60,292 nucleotides of DNA from Nitrososphaeraceae archaeon (GTDB lineage: Archaea; Thermoproteota; Nitrososphaeria; Nitrososphaerales; Nitrososphaeraceae), in NCBI GenBank assembly GCA_035297365.1, contig DATGZA010000007.1, positions 1 to 60,292 on the forward strand, given 5' to 3'. The notes under the pieces were generated by a model. The model was given only the letters and a program-made list of their open reading frames with translations. It was not told the origin of the DNA and did not search any database. Every line of letters starts with the position of its first letter. The first letter of the stretch is position 1. The translations under genes were made by a program, and so were the position numbers. Shown here piece by piece: positions 32,499 to 42,921 of the stretch.

Positions 32499-32981
32499 AT
32501 GAATTTTAGAATTATAAAGATCAGTCCTCCAGAAGGTGTTCAGATTATTCTAGCACAAAGTCATTTCATAAAAACAGTTGAAGATGTTTTCGAATGTTTG
32601 ATAAATTGTGTTCCAAACATAAAATTTGGACTTGCATTTTGTGAGGCGAGCGGTCCATGCCTGGTAAGACATACTGGTAATGATTTAGATTTGAGAAGGT
32701 TGTGTTCTAAGTATGCTTATGATATTGCTGCTGGTCATAGTCTTCTAGTTCTCATAGAGAATGCTTATCCAATTAATGTATTGCCTAGGTTGAAAGAAGT
32801 TCCTGAAATTGTAAATGTTTACTGTGCAACAGCAAACCCTATTGAAGTAATACTTTATGAAACAGACCAGGGGCGATCCATAATTGGAATAGTGGACGGC
32901 TTTAAGTCCAAGGGAATTGAAACAGAAAAAGACGAAGATGAAAGAAAACAATTTCTCAGAAGGATTGGATACAAAATGTAA
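32499..32981 (+). CDS. Adenosine-specific kinase family (DUF355) protein
   Basis: QSHFIKTVED, FGLAFCEASG, AAGHS, YCATANP, GRSIIGIVDG and FLRRIGYK. Confidence 0.9.
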   Translation: MNFRIIKISPPEGVQIILAQSHFIKTVEDVFECLINCVPNIKFGLAFCEASGPCLVRHTGNDLDLRRLCSKYAYDIAAGHSLLVLIENAYPINVLPRLKEVPEIVNVYCATANPIEVILYETDQGRSIIGIVDGFKSKGIETEKDEDERKQFLRRIGYKM

Positions 32982-33719
32982 ATAAATATAAAATAAAAAT
33001 ATAGTTTCAAAATAAAATTTTATTGTAATTTTTATTTTTTTAATTTCTCAAAATACACTAAGACAGATATTAGGCCATCAAATCAGAAAAAATTAATATG
33101 CCATAAAAATTCTATTTCATTTCATAACACTAGTATTTTTACGGTCAGAGTTTTAATTTAATCAAAATATTCTTTCAATCATTACTACTTTACTAAAAGC
33201 AGAAAGAAAGACAATTCAGCAATTTAAAATTTTATCCGAATAAGATTCAGATTATTTACTAGTAATTCTTACGTATCTCTATTTTTTTAGAGCCAGTTGG
33301 CATCGAGATCAATAATACCATGTGATTACAAAGATTTGGCTATATTTTGTTCTAGTTTGAAAATTATATTATATTTGAAATAAATTTCTCTCAAACGTTT
33401 ATAACCTGCTTAAAAAAATTGGTTTTCATAGGTACAATTCTGTTTCATAATTCACATGGTATTTAATAAAATATAATAAATCAAATCATAATGTGTTATG
33501 TAATGTAAGCTAACGGAATGCGAACATTTTACTTGCTAGTATGAGTTTATTGTATTATAAAATAAAAAAGTATAAACATTTTTTTACATAGATTTTTAGT
33601 CGTTACCATAAATCAAACATTCAAGTATGTAAAAAATTAATTAATAAAATTAAAATCGCAAAATCTACAACTATATAACCTAGTATTCCTTAAATATCAT
33701 AAAATATATAGTCTGGGAG

Positions 33720-34685
33720 ATGAAAAGTACTATAAATAGATCTAGGTTTGTACATTCACAGATTTTCTCTATTTTTTCAATTATCCTGTTATTATTATCT
33801 TTCAATTACCAAATTTCAGTATTTGCTGCAAAGGAAAAAAGCAATGACGATAATAAAGATGATAATAAAGATGATAATAAAGATGATAATAAAGATTTGT
33901 TCAACTTGCACATTAAAATGAATACAAACAATATACAATTAAAAGAGACAGACAAGATAAAGATTGTTGCATATGTCAATGGGGAAGCAAAAATTCAATA
34001 TCTTAATCCACAAACAGAGAAGGGTGCAATAACAAATAAAGTTTTGACTTCAAATTTAGAATTCAATAAAACTAATGAAATCTCTTCAATTGGTGCGGAT
34101 GAGTTTTTTGTCTGTGGCTATGTACTAAATGATGGGCAAACAAAATTAGCAAATAATTATAGCGCCATAAAAACGTATGATTGTGACGAAGGTCAAACTA
34201 TAGAGGGTACCGATGCCAGCACAGCACGCCTATTTGGTACAATGTTGAAATTTCAAAAAAGTCTTGAATTAAACAAATTACCTGCAAAAGGTAACCAACA
34301 ATCTGGTGACGTAAAAATCACTGTTATAACCCCAATTTATGATCAAAAGGATGTTGATCTGCTTAATGTAATAGCCATGGTCAAAGGAGAATATCAAATG
34401 AAAACAGTAAATATAGAAGACGAGGTAAAAAAAACAGGCGATAAATCCGATCAAAGTTATATAATAAGAGTTCCATTTACGTTCGATAGAAATACCGAAT
34501 TGGGTACTATAGAAAAAGGCGATATGTTTTTTGGTTGTGCCTCAGCAGAAGAGTTAGGACCACCGCAAATGACTGAATGTGAGAAGAAATTCATAAAGGA
34601 TTTTGATAAACCCAACAAGATAGTAACCAGACACGAAGAAGTTTTCAGACCAGGTGGAGAATATTATCGGGATGGAAATGAATAG
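33720..34685 (+). CDS. Secreted hypothetical protein with (DDNK)4 repeat and two Cys-paired domains
   Basis: Signal peptide; DEFFVCGY...YDCDEG and FFGC...TECEK pairs. Confidence 0.75.
   Translation: MKSTINRSRFVHSQIFSIFSIILLLLSFNYQISVFAAKEKSNDDNKDDNKDDNKDDNKDLFNLHIKMNTNNIQLKETDKIKIVAYVNGEAKIQYLNPQTEKGAITNKVLTSNLEFNKTNEISSIGADEFFVCGYVLNDGQTKLANNYSAIKTYDCDEGQTIEGTDASTARLFGTMLKFQKSLELNKLPAKGNQQSGDVKITVITPIYDQKDVDLLNVIAMVKGEYQMKTVNIEDEVKKTGDKSDQSYIIRVPFTFDRNTELGTIEKGDMFFGCASAEELGPPQMTECEKKFIKDFDKPNKIVTRHEEVFRPGGEYYRDGNE
33846..33896. repeat. In-frame 12-bp tandem repeat x4 (GATGATAATAAA; DDNK)
   Basis: Read directly. Confidence 0.85.
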
Positions 34686-35338
34686 AAAATCTAATATGAT
34701 TCAAACCGAATTGGAAAAAAGACGACAAGACAATTTTTCCCCTGTATCAAAAACAATATTTGAAAAGAAACAGATTATTTAAAAGAAAATTTGATCAATA
34801 TGATTCTAGTTATTGGTCGTATTATAGTCTAATTGAAAATTGGGTAATGACAGATTACCAGAAATGACAGATTCAGCAAATCAATACATCCTACCGAATT
34901 ACAACATTCCAGTACAGAAAAATTATAGATAGATTTAAAAAATATCTAAAATATTCCTCATTGTAATAATCATTAAACGATCAATATGTTTCAGGATTAA
35001 TCATATTCGAACTGAAAATAATTTAATCGAGAAATATTTTGCTTTCAAAAATATTAACGAGCGATATCTTTCTTACTGCTGCTCTCGTTTGGATGTTGAT
35101 AAAGTACGGATTCATAACCAAAATAAGACTTTTACGTCTGACTTATATTACATGATGAAACTTGTAAAAACATTAAATTATATTTTTTAGGTATTCTAAA
35201 ATTAATATTTCATTTGTTTGAAACTTGCATATCTTTAGTCCAAAAAATGAACTAAATTACTTCTCACTCTATTTTTTGTTTTGGTTGGTCAGTTTAATAA
35301 ACAAAATTCTTATTTATTTCTATTTTGATTATTAAGTT

Positions 35339-35515
35339 ATGCCAATAATAACGGTATCAATGTATAGTGGTAGAACACAGAAAGAAAAAGATAGACTCGC
35401 AGAAGCATTGACGGAGGATATAGTTAAGATATTACATATAAACAAAGAAGAAGTGATCATAGTATTTCAAGAAGCATCGCACGGAAATTGGTATGCTTCA
35501 GGTGTCCGTCTATAA
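35339..35515 (+). CDS. 4-oxalocrotonate tautomerase-family protein (58 aa, not in ORF track)
   Basis: MPIITVSMYSGRTQKEKDRLAEALTEDIVKILHINKEEVIIVFQEASHGNWYASGVRL: Pro1 after Met removal, GRT (Arg11) and the NW...G end. Confidence 0.88.
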   Translation: MPIITVSMYSGRTQKEKDRLAEALTEDIVKILHINKEEVIIVFQEASHGNWYASGVRL

Positions 35516-35821
35516 TATGACGTTATGACTAAATTCTGTTAGATACTTATAGAAGAGAACAAAAGTTTAGATTTTGAAATTCTAGAGATACGAAAATGAT
35601 GAATCGCAAGGAGGAAAAGATATTATATTAAAGATAGTTTACAACCAATACCTATTGACTTTTGTTATTCTTTACTGATTACCAAAAATAGAACGTATAA
35701 AATAGGTTAAAAAAGATACTTTATTGACCTTATATTGATGATTGTTTTCTCAACATTAGCACTAGCAATCAAATTTAGAGAAATTTAAATAAGTTACTTT
35801 ATATAATTTTTAATTATTAAA

Positions 35822-36157
35822 ATGAAACAAATGTATGAATATCCATTGGAATTTTCTTTAAAGATGACATTCGGTGAGAGTTACTTGGTAGGAAAAGCAT
35901 TGATTAAGGATATGATCTATACTATAAATATTCAGGCAGGTAAGAAAGGAATAGTTTTACCCAAGGAATGGATAAAATCATCTGGTGCAATTATTGCCAG
36001 TTTTTTTACTGAAAATAAAAAGGAATGTATTTTAACGGCCAATTTAGAAGAAGGCCGAGATTGGATTGAGATATACGATGATTTTTTATTTTCATCGTTA
36101 GCACAAGATCTTCCATCATCTTTGATAATTGATTATGCAAAAAAAATCAATTCTTAG
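35822..36157 (+). CDS. Hypothetical protein
   Basis: 111-aa ORF with ATG start; 11-nt tail-to-tail overlap with the next gene. Confidence 0.55.
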   Translation: MKQMYEYPLEFSLKMTFGESYLVGKALIKDMIYTINIQAGKKGIVLPKEWIKSSGAIIASFFTENKKECILTANLEEGRDWIEIYDDFLFSSLAQDLPSSLIIDYAKKINS

Positions 36158-37352
36158 ATATCCTATATAAATCCCCATTCTCATAGGACAATACGTAAAG
36201 AGATCCATCCGGTCCCGTTTCAATATCTGATATTCCTCCAAATCCCTCACCGAATATAATTGACGAGGATTCGCTGTCGCTATCGATTACCCTGTCATGC
36301 AATTCTTGCGAATATTGATTGATATCTATATCTTCTCGTTGTTGGTTAAGGGATAAGAAATACAAGTTTCCGTTTTTATAATCTCCTACAAATATATTGT
36401 TATAGTACTTGGGTCCTAGTTTAGATGAATTCAAAAATTCAATATCTGTTAAGGATACAGGTTCTTTCCAACTGAGAATGGGATCCTTATAATGAGCGCT
36501 TGGTATCATTACTAGATCATTTTCATTTTTATTTGTTCTATCGATCGGTCCCATAACTTCATTCCATCCACTATTAAATCCAGGTTTGACAATATTAATT
36601 TCATCATATGAGCTTGGACCGTTTTCGGTTTCCCATACAAATCCTGATTCAGGGTCTAAAGTTAGTCCAAAGCTATTTCTTATCCCATAAGCAAAATATT
36701 TGGAAAAATCTGCATCTTTCGAAAAAGGATTATTTGATACTGCTGAACCATCTAAAGATTTAATTCTAAATATTACTCCGGTGTCATCAGGTTTATCAGT
36801 AGATTTTTGGTTTTGTAAAATTCCGTTATGATTAAGATCTCCTATAACTACATATAGATTTTCTGTAGATCCATCTCGTTTATTTCTGTCTAATACGAGT
36901 TTTCCTGCATCATGATTTGGACCTGGTAAGGCAGGAAGATCGAGTAACAATTGTGGACTTTGCAATTTAGTTCCATCCCATGAATATTTAAAAACTCTAT
37001 TCTTTAGTGGATCGACATTTGAATCTGTCAAATAAAAAAATAGATCTTTCCCATTTGATTCAATTCCTAATAATCCTCGTTCACTTTTAGTATCTACATT
37101 AAATTGAAAGATGGTCAACTGTTCTAAGGTATCATGTGATATCAATTTGACACTACCATCTTTTTCAATAATCATGATATCTCCATTTAAAAAGGTCATT
37201 CCTGTAGGTTCAGAAAGATCCTCGGCAATGATATCTACACTTAATGATGAGTCTTTGATAATAGGTTCAGAAGATATAGAAGTTAAATTAATCATAGCAA
37301 TCAACAGCATAATTGCCATAGCAGTAATGTAAAACGTAAAGGATTTGATCAT
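36147..37352 (-). CDS. PQQ-dependent soluble glucose/sorbosone dehydrogenase-family protein
   Basis: PTGMTF, ERGLLGI, NHDAG, YGIRNSFG, TENGP..YDEIN, GFNSGW and GPDGSLYV; signal anchor. Confidence 0.92.
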   Translation of the reverse strand: MIKSFTFYITAMAIMLLIAMINLTSISSEPIIKDSSLSVDIIAEDLSEPTGMTFLNGDIMIIEKDGSVKLISHDTLEQLTIFQFNVDTKSERGLLGIESNGKDLFFYLTDSNVDPLKNRVFKYSWDGTKLQSPQLLLDLPALPGPNHDAGKLVLDRNKRDGSTENLYVVIGDLNHNGILQNQKSTDKPDDTGVIFRIKSLDGSAVSNNPFSKDADFSKYFAYGIRNSFGLTLDPESGFVWETENGPSSYDEINIVKPGFNSGWNEVMGPIDRTNKNENDLVMIPSAHYKDPILSWKEPVSLTDIEFLNSSKLGPKYYNNIFVGDYKNGNLYFLSLNQQREDIDINQYSQELHDRVIDSDSESSSIIFGEGFGGISDIETGPDGSLYVLSYENGDLYRISKN

Positions 37353-39120
37353 CTTGCTATATAAAAACCCGTAAAAACCCGGTATTTCATACTTAAAAGT
37401 ATTTACTATTGGTTATATTCTTTTTCTATTTATTTTGAATATATTTCTAGAAAAATGGGTTCCGTTAAAAGTTAATGTAAAATATAAATTGACAATTATA
37501 GTAGACTAATATTTACAACTCTGAGAAGGAAAAATGGATCTTTAGCTTAGCATATTTACATGATTCTGTGGTAAGATAGTCGAGTGAATTTATAGATAGA
37601 TAGAAAAACAACCTATATTCTCCTTTGGATACAAATCCAGAAATAAAGGACACAATAAAAATTTTACTCCTACTTAGACAACGTTAGAGAATACTTGAGA
37701 TAAGATCATCATAAAGAGGATTCATAAATTCACTATAATGGAATAGAGGGTTGCTTACAAGGTAGTCTATTCTCCTACTGTAAAAATAAACAATGATTCA
37801 AGAAAACAAATATTGAAAATACCGTCTACAAATCCAATGGATCTGGAATTAAAATTACCTACACGATTTATGAGGTCACTTGCTCGTTATCTGACCAGAG
37901 ACAAAAAGATAGAAAACAGGCAATCAATCATAATGGAATTAAGTGGATTCTAACTGAAGTTAAAATAGAATGGCGAAATTGAATGACAGTAATCGGTAAA
38001 AGCACAGATGGTGAATACAAATTGAAAAAAGAGGATTGAAGTATTAAGATATAACATTCACATGATTACATCTCAATATATCAAGATGAGAAAGGTCTTG
38101 GGCCAACGATGACATCCGACATCATCATAGTGTTCAGTACAAACGAGGGTAAAAAATACAGAAGATAAATGATCGAAATGTATTTGGTGTATTACTATAA
38201 TTTTAATTATTATGTACGATTATAACATTTTACTAATTTTACTATATATACTATATTGGGTTAATTAATTAACATGATCCTGATAGAAAATATTGTGTTC
38301 AGATAACGCATGCAACCGTATTATTTGATAAATCTATAATAAGGAGTAAAATTGCATATGACAAAAACGGCTGTAGTTTTATTATCCGTAATTTTTGTTT
38401 CTGGATAGCAACTATAATTATCAATGAGATAGAAATTATTAATTGTCCAATATGTAACAAAGACAAATTATTCACTAGATAAATTTTTTAATTTTAGTTC
38501 TTGTCTTATTTTTTCATAAAGTAATCACGACTAGCAGAAGAGGACCTCATGACAATGAAGGTATATGAATTGGAGTATCAGTTTTGGAAGAATTTTCAAT
38601 AGGACCAGGAATAGATTTTGGATTTACAAGCATGATTTTGACTTAGCTAATTTAAAACAAATTTTTTGGTTAGAATTGATGAAAGATTATTGAAAAAATT
38701 ATTTGAAAGAACTATTGAACAGGTATACGGGGAAGTAAATGTAATGAACTGGCTCTGTAGAAACTACTATAGCTAACAACATTCTATAGTTAATTATTGA
38801 ATAAACAACAATCAAAATATCCTTGATTGGCACACCGATTATTTAGTATTTTAAACCATTGTAGGGGTTATCTATATTTTCATAAAAAGAATAATCACAT
38901 CTTCACGATTTGGCAAACATTGTATTAGTTAGAATAAGACAATATGTAGATAAGGGTTACAGAATGTTTACAGACTGTTTGGTTGAAGCATATATATTAT
39001 TTACAACTATTTCTCCATCTTTCAAGTGTACTGCTTTGTGCATAACTCGTTTAATCATCTTTTTCATTATTATATGATTGATAATTATCTAACAGTTATA
39101 TCCTGAAACCAGTTATATTA

Positions 39121-40705
39121 CTATACTTTAGTATTGGCTTGATTCTTCTTTCCTTTAGAATTTTTTTTCCCATTTTTGTTTTTTGCCTTTATTCTTGTCT
39201 TTGAGGTAATTGTACTTTTTTTTGTCACGTAATAGAACAGAAGTAAATACCAAACATAATGTGAAGAAAGAATTTCGATAGACCTTTTTTGCATCTGTGT
39301 ATTTCGTCTTTTTAATAGAATGTAGTGGATATAAATAGCGATAACAGATGAGTAAATAAAACTTTCTAGATGGCATTTATACTTAGATAATCTATCTATC
39401 TGAGATGTCTTTATCCATATTTTCATATCCAAACTTCTTGAAGTATTCTTTACAGATTTATACTTCTCCAAATCTTTTGACAGACCTTCAAGGTACTCTT
39501 TGATATTGCTGGGCCTTGTCTTCAGAAAGTCTTTCTTAAATATATTTAAGATTGACAGGATTTGATCTTCGGTAAGTCCATTTTCTAGCAAACACTTGAA
39601 AATAGAAAAAACTTCGGGTTGAGCACTTATTATATCTCGTCTTGAAGCTATCTGCTTATCCAGAATAGAAATTTCATCTTGTTTTTCCGCTTTCTCTTTT
39701 TGGAAACGAAATAGATCACAGGATTCATCAAGCAATCTAAATAATATGGTTTTAACTTGTCCCTTATCTGTGCCGTAATCATCTGCAATTTCTTGAATCT
39801 TTAGATACAATCTTTTGAAATCTGATGAATCAAATCCCATGTTCTCCAATTCAATTTGAGCCGATTCTTTTATTTGGTATGAAGATATATCTTCTTCATA
39901 CATAGCAAGCATTGCCTCTGAACGTTTGATCCTGGAATCTATTTCCTTTAATTCTTTATTCTTGTCATCGCAATATAATTGATAATTTTTAATATTTAAG
40001 AATGCGTTAAAAATTTTCATAGGATGAAATTTGAAATCATTCCTAAAAGTTGTCATTAAGTTCATCATAGGTTTTAAGAACTGTATAGGAATTTTATTTT
40101 TTTGTAGCTCGTCTTTGGTATCCTCGAAAAGCAAATAATCTTTTTCCTGATCTTTATTCTTTTGCCTGAACGATTCATACTGATTTTGCAAAGCTTGTAT
40201 ATCTTTTTCCTTTCGTTCTTTTTCATTGTCCAAATCTTTGATTTCATTTCTTTTTTGATAAATTTGGACATCCAACTTGAGTTTTTCAAGGTGTCTCTCT
40301 TTGATACGTTTGGGAATGTCGTTAATAGAGTCGTAGCTTATCCTTTGAAGGGAATTTATCTCTTTCACGAGTCTTCCTACATCCTCTGGACGTACTCCTT
40401 GGGCAATACATTCACTATATGATTTATTTAAAAAATATTCAAACTGTTCTGGGTCTATGCCAAATTTATCAATCAGACGTGATATTCTCAAACCGTTAAG
40501 ACACTCTTTGGGCGTAGTTTCTGCATTTTTCATACCAATTGCTAGTTCTCTGATGCTATCTGCATCGTAAGATCCAATCCTATTTTTCCACTCAGATAAT
40601 GTTCGACACAGTACCCTCGGCGACATTGAATTCTAACGCGATTGCATCTCTTTTCTTTCCCATAACCCACGCTTGAATTATTGATGACTTTATGAAATCT
40701 AACAT
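39121..40705 (-). pseudogene. HTH + long coiled-coil protein, frameshifted after codon 37
   Basis: ATG at 40705 gives MLDFIKSSIIQAWVMGKKRDAIALEFNVAEGTVSNII* (HTH, TGA at 40594-40592); the adjacent frame continues SEWKNRIGSYDADSIRELA into the 501-aa ORF. Confidence 0.65.
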
Positions 40706-40760
40706 TCTTCTGTTTATCTCTCGTAAAAGAAAAAACCTAGTATTTATATTTTGCGCATAT

Positions 40761-40826
40761 CGTCATAGAATTAGTTCTGTCGTCATTTTTACGTCATTTT
40801 TACGTCATTTTGTCAATTTTCCGTCA
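40761..40826. repeat. Phased (C)GTCA repeats, including three tandem CGTCATTTT(TA) units at 11-bp period
   Basis: GTCA starts at 40762, 40782, 40793, 40804, 40812 and 40823. Confidence 0.75.
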
Positions 40827-41009
40827 ACCCAGTCCATATATTGTATTATTCGTACAGTGAAGTATTTAAAAAATAAATTTGGTATTGATATAATGAATTA
40901 CTTTTTTTTAATCGTGATATGATTATTTTTATTCATTCGTCATTGTGTTTTTCAATATTATAACGATTTAGTACATCAAAAGAGAAATCCTATTACCTAA
41001 TATTGATTT

Positions 41010-41560
41010 TTTAGAAATGGATCCAGAGAGAATTGTTTTTTCAATAAAATTTTCCGGATTTGTGCTTCAATATGCACTAGTGTTATTCACAAAACCATTA
41101 GAAATTCGAATTCATAAATAAATTGATTATGCCAAAGATAGCATATCAATTGTAGTACACGGAAAGTCAGAAAATGCTCATTATTTAAGCTGAATAATGA
41201 GCAATATTGTAATATTTATTCTAGATATTATGCCTGAAGGCTCTCAGTCGGTACATAGATTCTGAGAAGAGAGGATTTTATATGAAGTATTAGAGAAAAC
41301 AGGATTTACAAATATACATATTAAAAAAATATTCTTTTAGTTATCTGACTAATTCTTTTGAACTCTATTGGAAGGAGTATCTGGAAGGTCCTGCCAATTC
41401 AATAATACAAATTCTAGAAAGGGAATATATGACTTTTTTAGAAATAAAAAAGATGCAGAAAAAAATTCTCGTGAATTTTTAAATAATAAAATGGTATAGG
41501 GAGGTATTAATAGCATCTGCGGAAAATTAAATATCCGTATTCTACGTACAGAATTGTATA
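41010..41560 (+). pseudogene. Decayed class I SAM methyltransferase (C-terminal half)
   Basis: Broken fragments EMDPERI, LQYALVLFTKP, IVVHGKSENAHY, PEGSQSVHRF, LEKTGFTNI and FELYWKEY resemble UbiE-like methyltransferase motifs; boundaries approximate. Confidence 0.45.
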
Positions 41561-41585
41561 TACAAAATACAAAAAATAGAATATT

Positions 41586-42194
41586 TTAAATATTTATTTC
41601 GCTTCTCAACAGGTTACATATTTCTTGATGAACATCTTTTATACTTCGCTCGCCATCAATTATGTACCATCCATAAATTTGGGCTAATTTTTGATAATTT
41701 TTTTTCACTTTTATTAAGAGATTATTATTTTTTTCAAAAATATCTCTATGATTAATTACTCTTTTATTAGATGTATTAGAACTTATTTCTAATATTATAA
41801 CCAGATCTTCTTTAGGTAACCCTTTATCAAGATTGGCCAACCAATCTAGATCTAATCCATTAGAGAGACCATAAACAAGATTTGATTGATAATAACGATC
41901 CATAATAATTGTAGTTCCTACATCGAGAATATTCAATATTGTTTCCTTTTTTTCCCACCTATTTGCAGATAATAACATATGCTGAACTTCCAAAGGAAAA
42001 TGTTTCTTTCCATCCAAAAATTTTCGTATTTCTTTTCCAAGAGTAGTAGTATAATCAGGGAAATCTAAAACCAGACTTTTTTTACCATTTTTATTTAAAT
42101 ATTCATTTAATAATTTGCATTGAGTTCCTTTGCCTGCCTTATCCATTCCCTCTAATACAATTAATCGACCCTTATTCAAAAATAATAGAGTCAA
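41586..42194 (-). CDS. tmk: Thymidylate kinase
   Basis: IVLEGMDKAGKGTQ, LLSANRWE, MDRYYQSNLVYG. Confidence 0.95.
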   Translation of the reverse strand: MTLLFLNKGRLIVLEGMDKAGKGTQCKLLNEYLNKNGKKSLVLDFPDYTTTLGKEIRKFLDGKKHFPLEVQHMLLSANRWEKKETILNILDVGTTIIMDRYYQSNLVYGLSNGLDLDWLANLDKGLPKEDLVIILEISSNTSNKRVINHRDIFEKNNNLLIKVKKNYQKLAQIYGWYIIDGERSIKDVHQEICNLLRSEINI

Positions 42195-42347
42195 TATATG
42201 TATTTAATATATTATCTTTATGTATAAGGTGATAAAAACAGAATCTCAAAAGAATAAATGAATTCTCTATTTTGGTTTGAAATACTTGTATGTCACATTG
42301 ATTTATAAATATAAAGCCGAAATATAATATTTATAACAACAAGGTGA

Positions 42348-42800
42348 ATGGCAGTTTTTCATTTATGGAAAAAAAAGATCGAATTTTGTTCTGTATGCAA
42401 AACCCAGTTAAAACACAAGTATAAACCTTCAAAAGATTGGAAGATTCAAGGCTTTTTATGCGGTGATTGTCATACATTAAAGACAAAGGAGTTTGTTATA
42501 ATACAGCAGGAGGAAAAGGAGAGACAGGAAAAAGAAGCAAATAGATGTTCTATTTGTGGATTGGACATAGGGATAGATTCCAAAAAATTCAAGCCTAGAT
42601 GGCAATGGAATATGAATAATGAAAGCATCTTGTGTAAAAAATGCTATGATAATAAAGAGAGTGAATTTCAAAAAGAAAGAAATTATTGCGCAATATGTAA
42701 CAGAGCTCTAAAATTCTTCAGATACCACCCAAAGCCGAAATGGAACATTAAAGGTCAACTCTGTAAAGAGTGTTGGGATAGAAGAAATGAAATGAGGTAG
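42348..42800 (+). CDS. Triple zinc-finger repeat protein
   Basis: Three CxxC...P..W.I/M...LCxxC units. Confidence 0.8.
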   Translation: MAVFHLWKKKIEFCSVCKTQLKHKYKPSKDWKIQGFLCGDCHTLKTKEFVIIQQEEKERQEKEANRCSICGLDIGIDSKKFKPRWQWNMNNESILCKKCYDNKESEFQKERNYCAICNRALKFFRYHPKPKWNIKGQLCKECWDRRNEMR

Positions 42801-42846
42801 TATATATTATAAGTATTCATGTTTATAATATTTTATTATGAGATGT

Positions 42847-42921
42847 GGGCTCATAGTTCAGTTTGGATAGAATGGCTGCCTGCGGAGCAGTTGGTCGAGG
42901 GTTCAAATCCCTCTGGGCCCA
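42847..42921 (+). tRNA. tRNA-Arg(GCG)
   Basis: Acceptor GGGCTCA/TGGGCCC plus discriminator A; D arm; anticodon arm GCTGC-CTGCGGA-GCAGT; T arm GAGGG-TTCAAAT-CCCTC; no encoded CCA, no intron. Confidence 0.95.
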
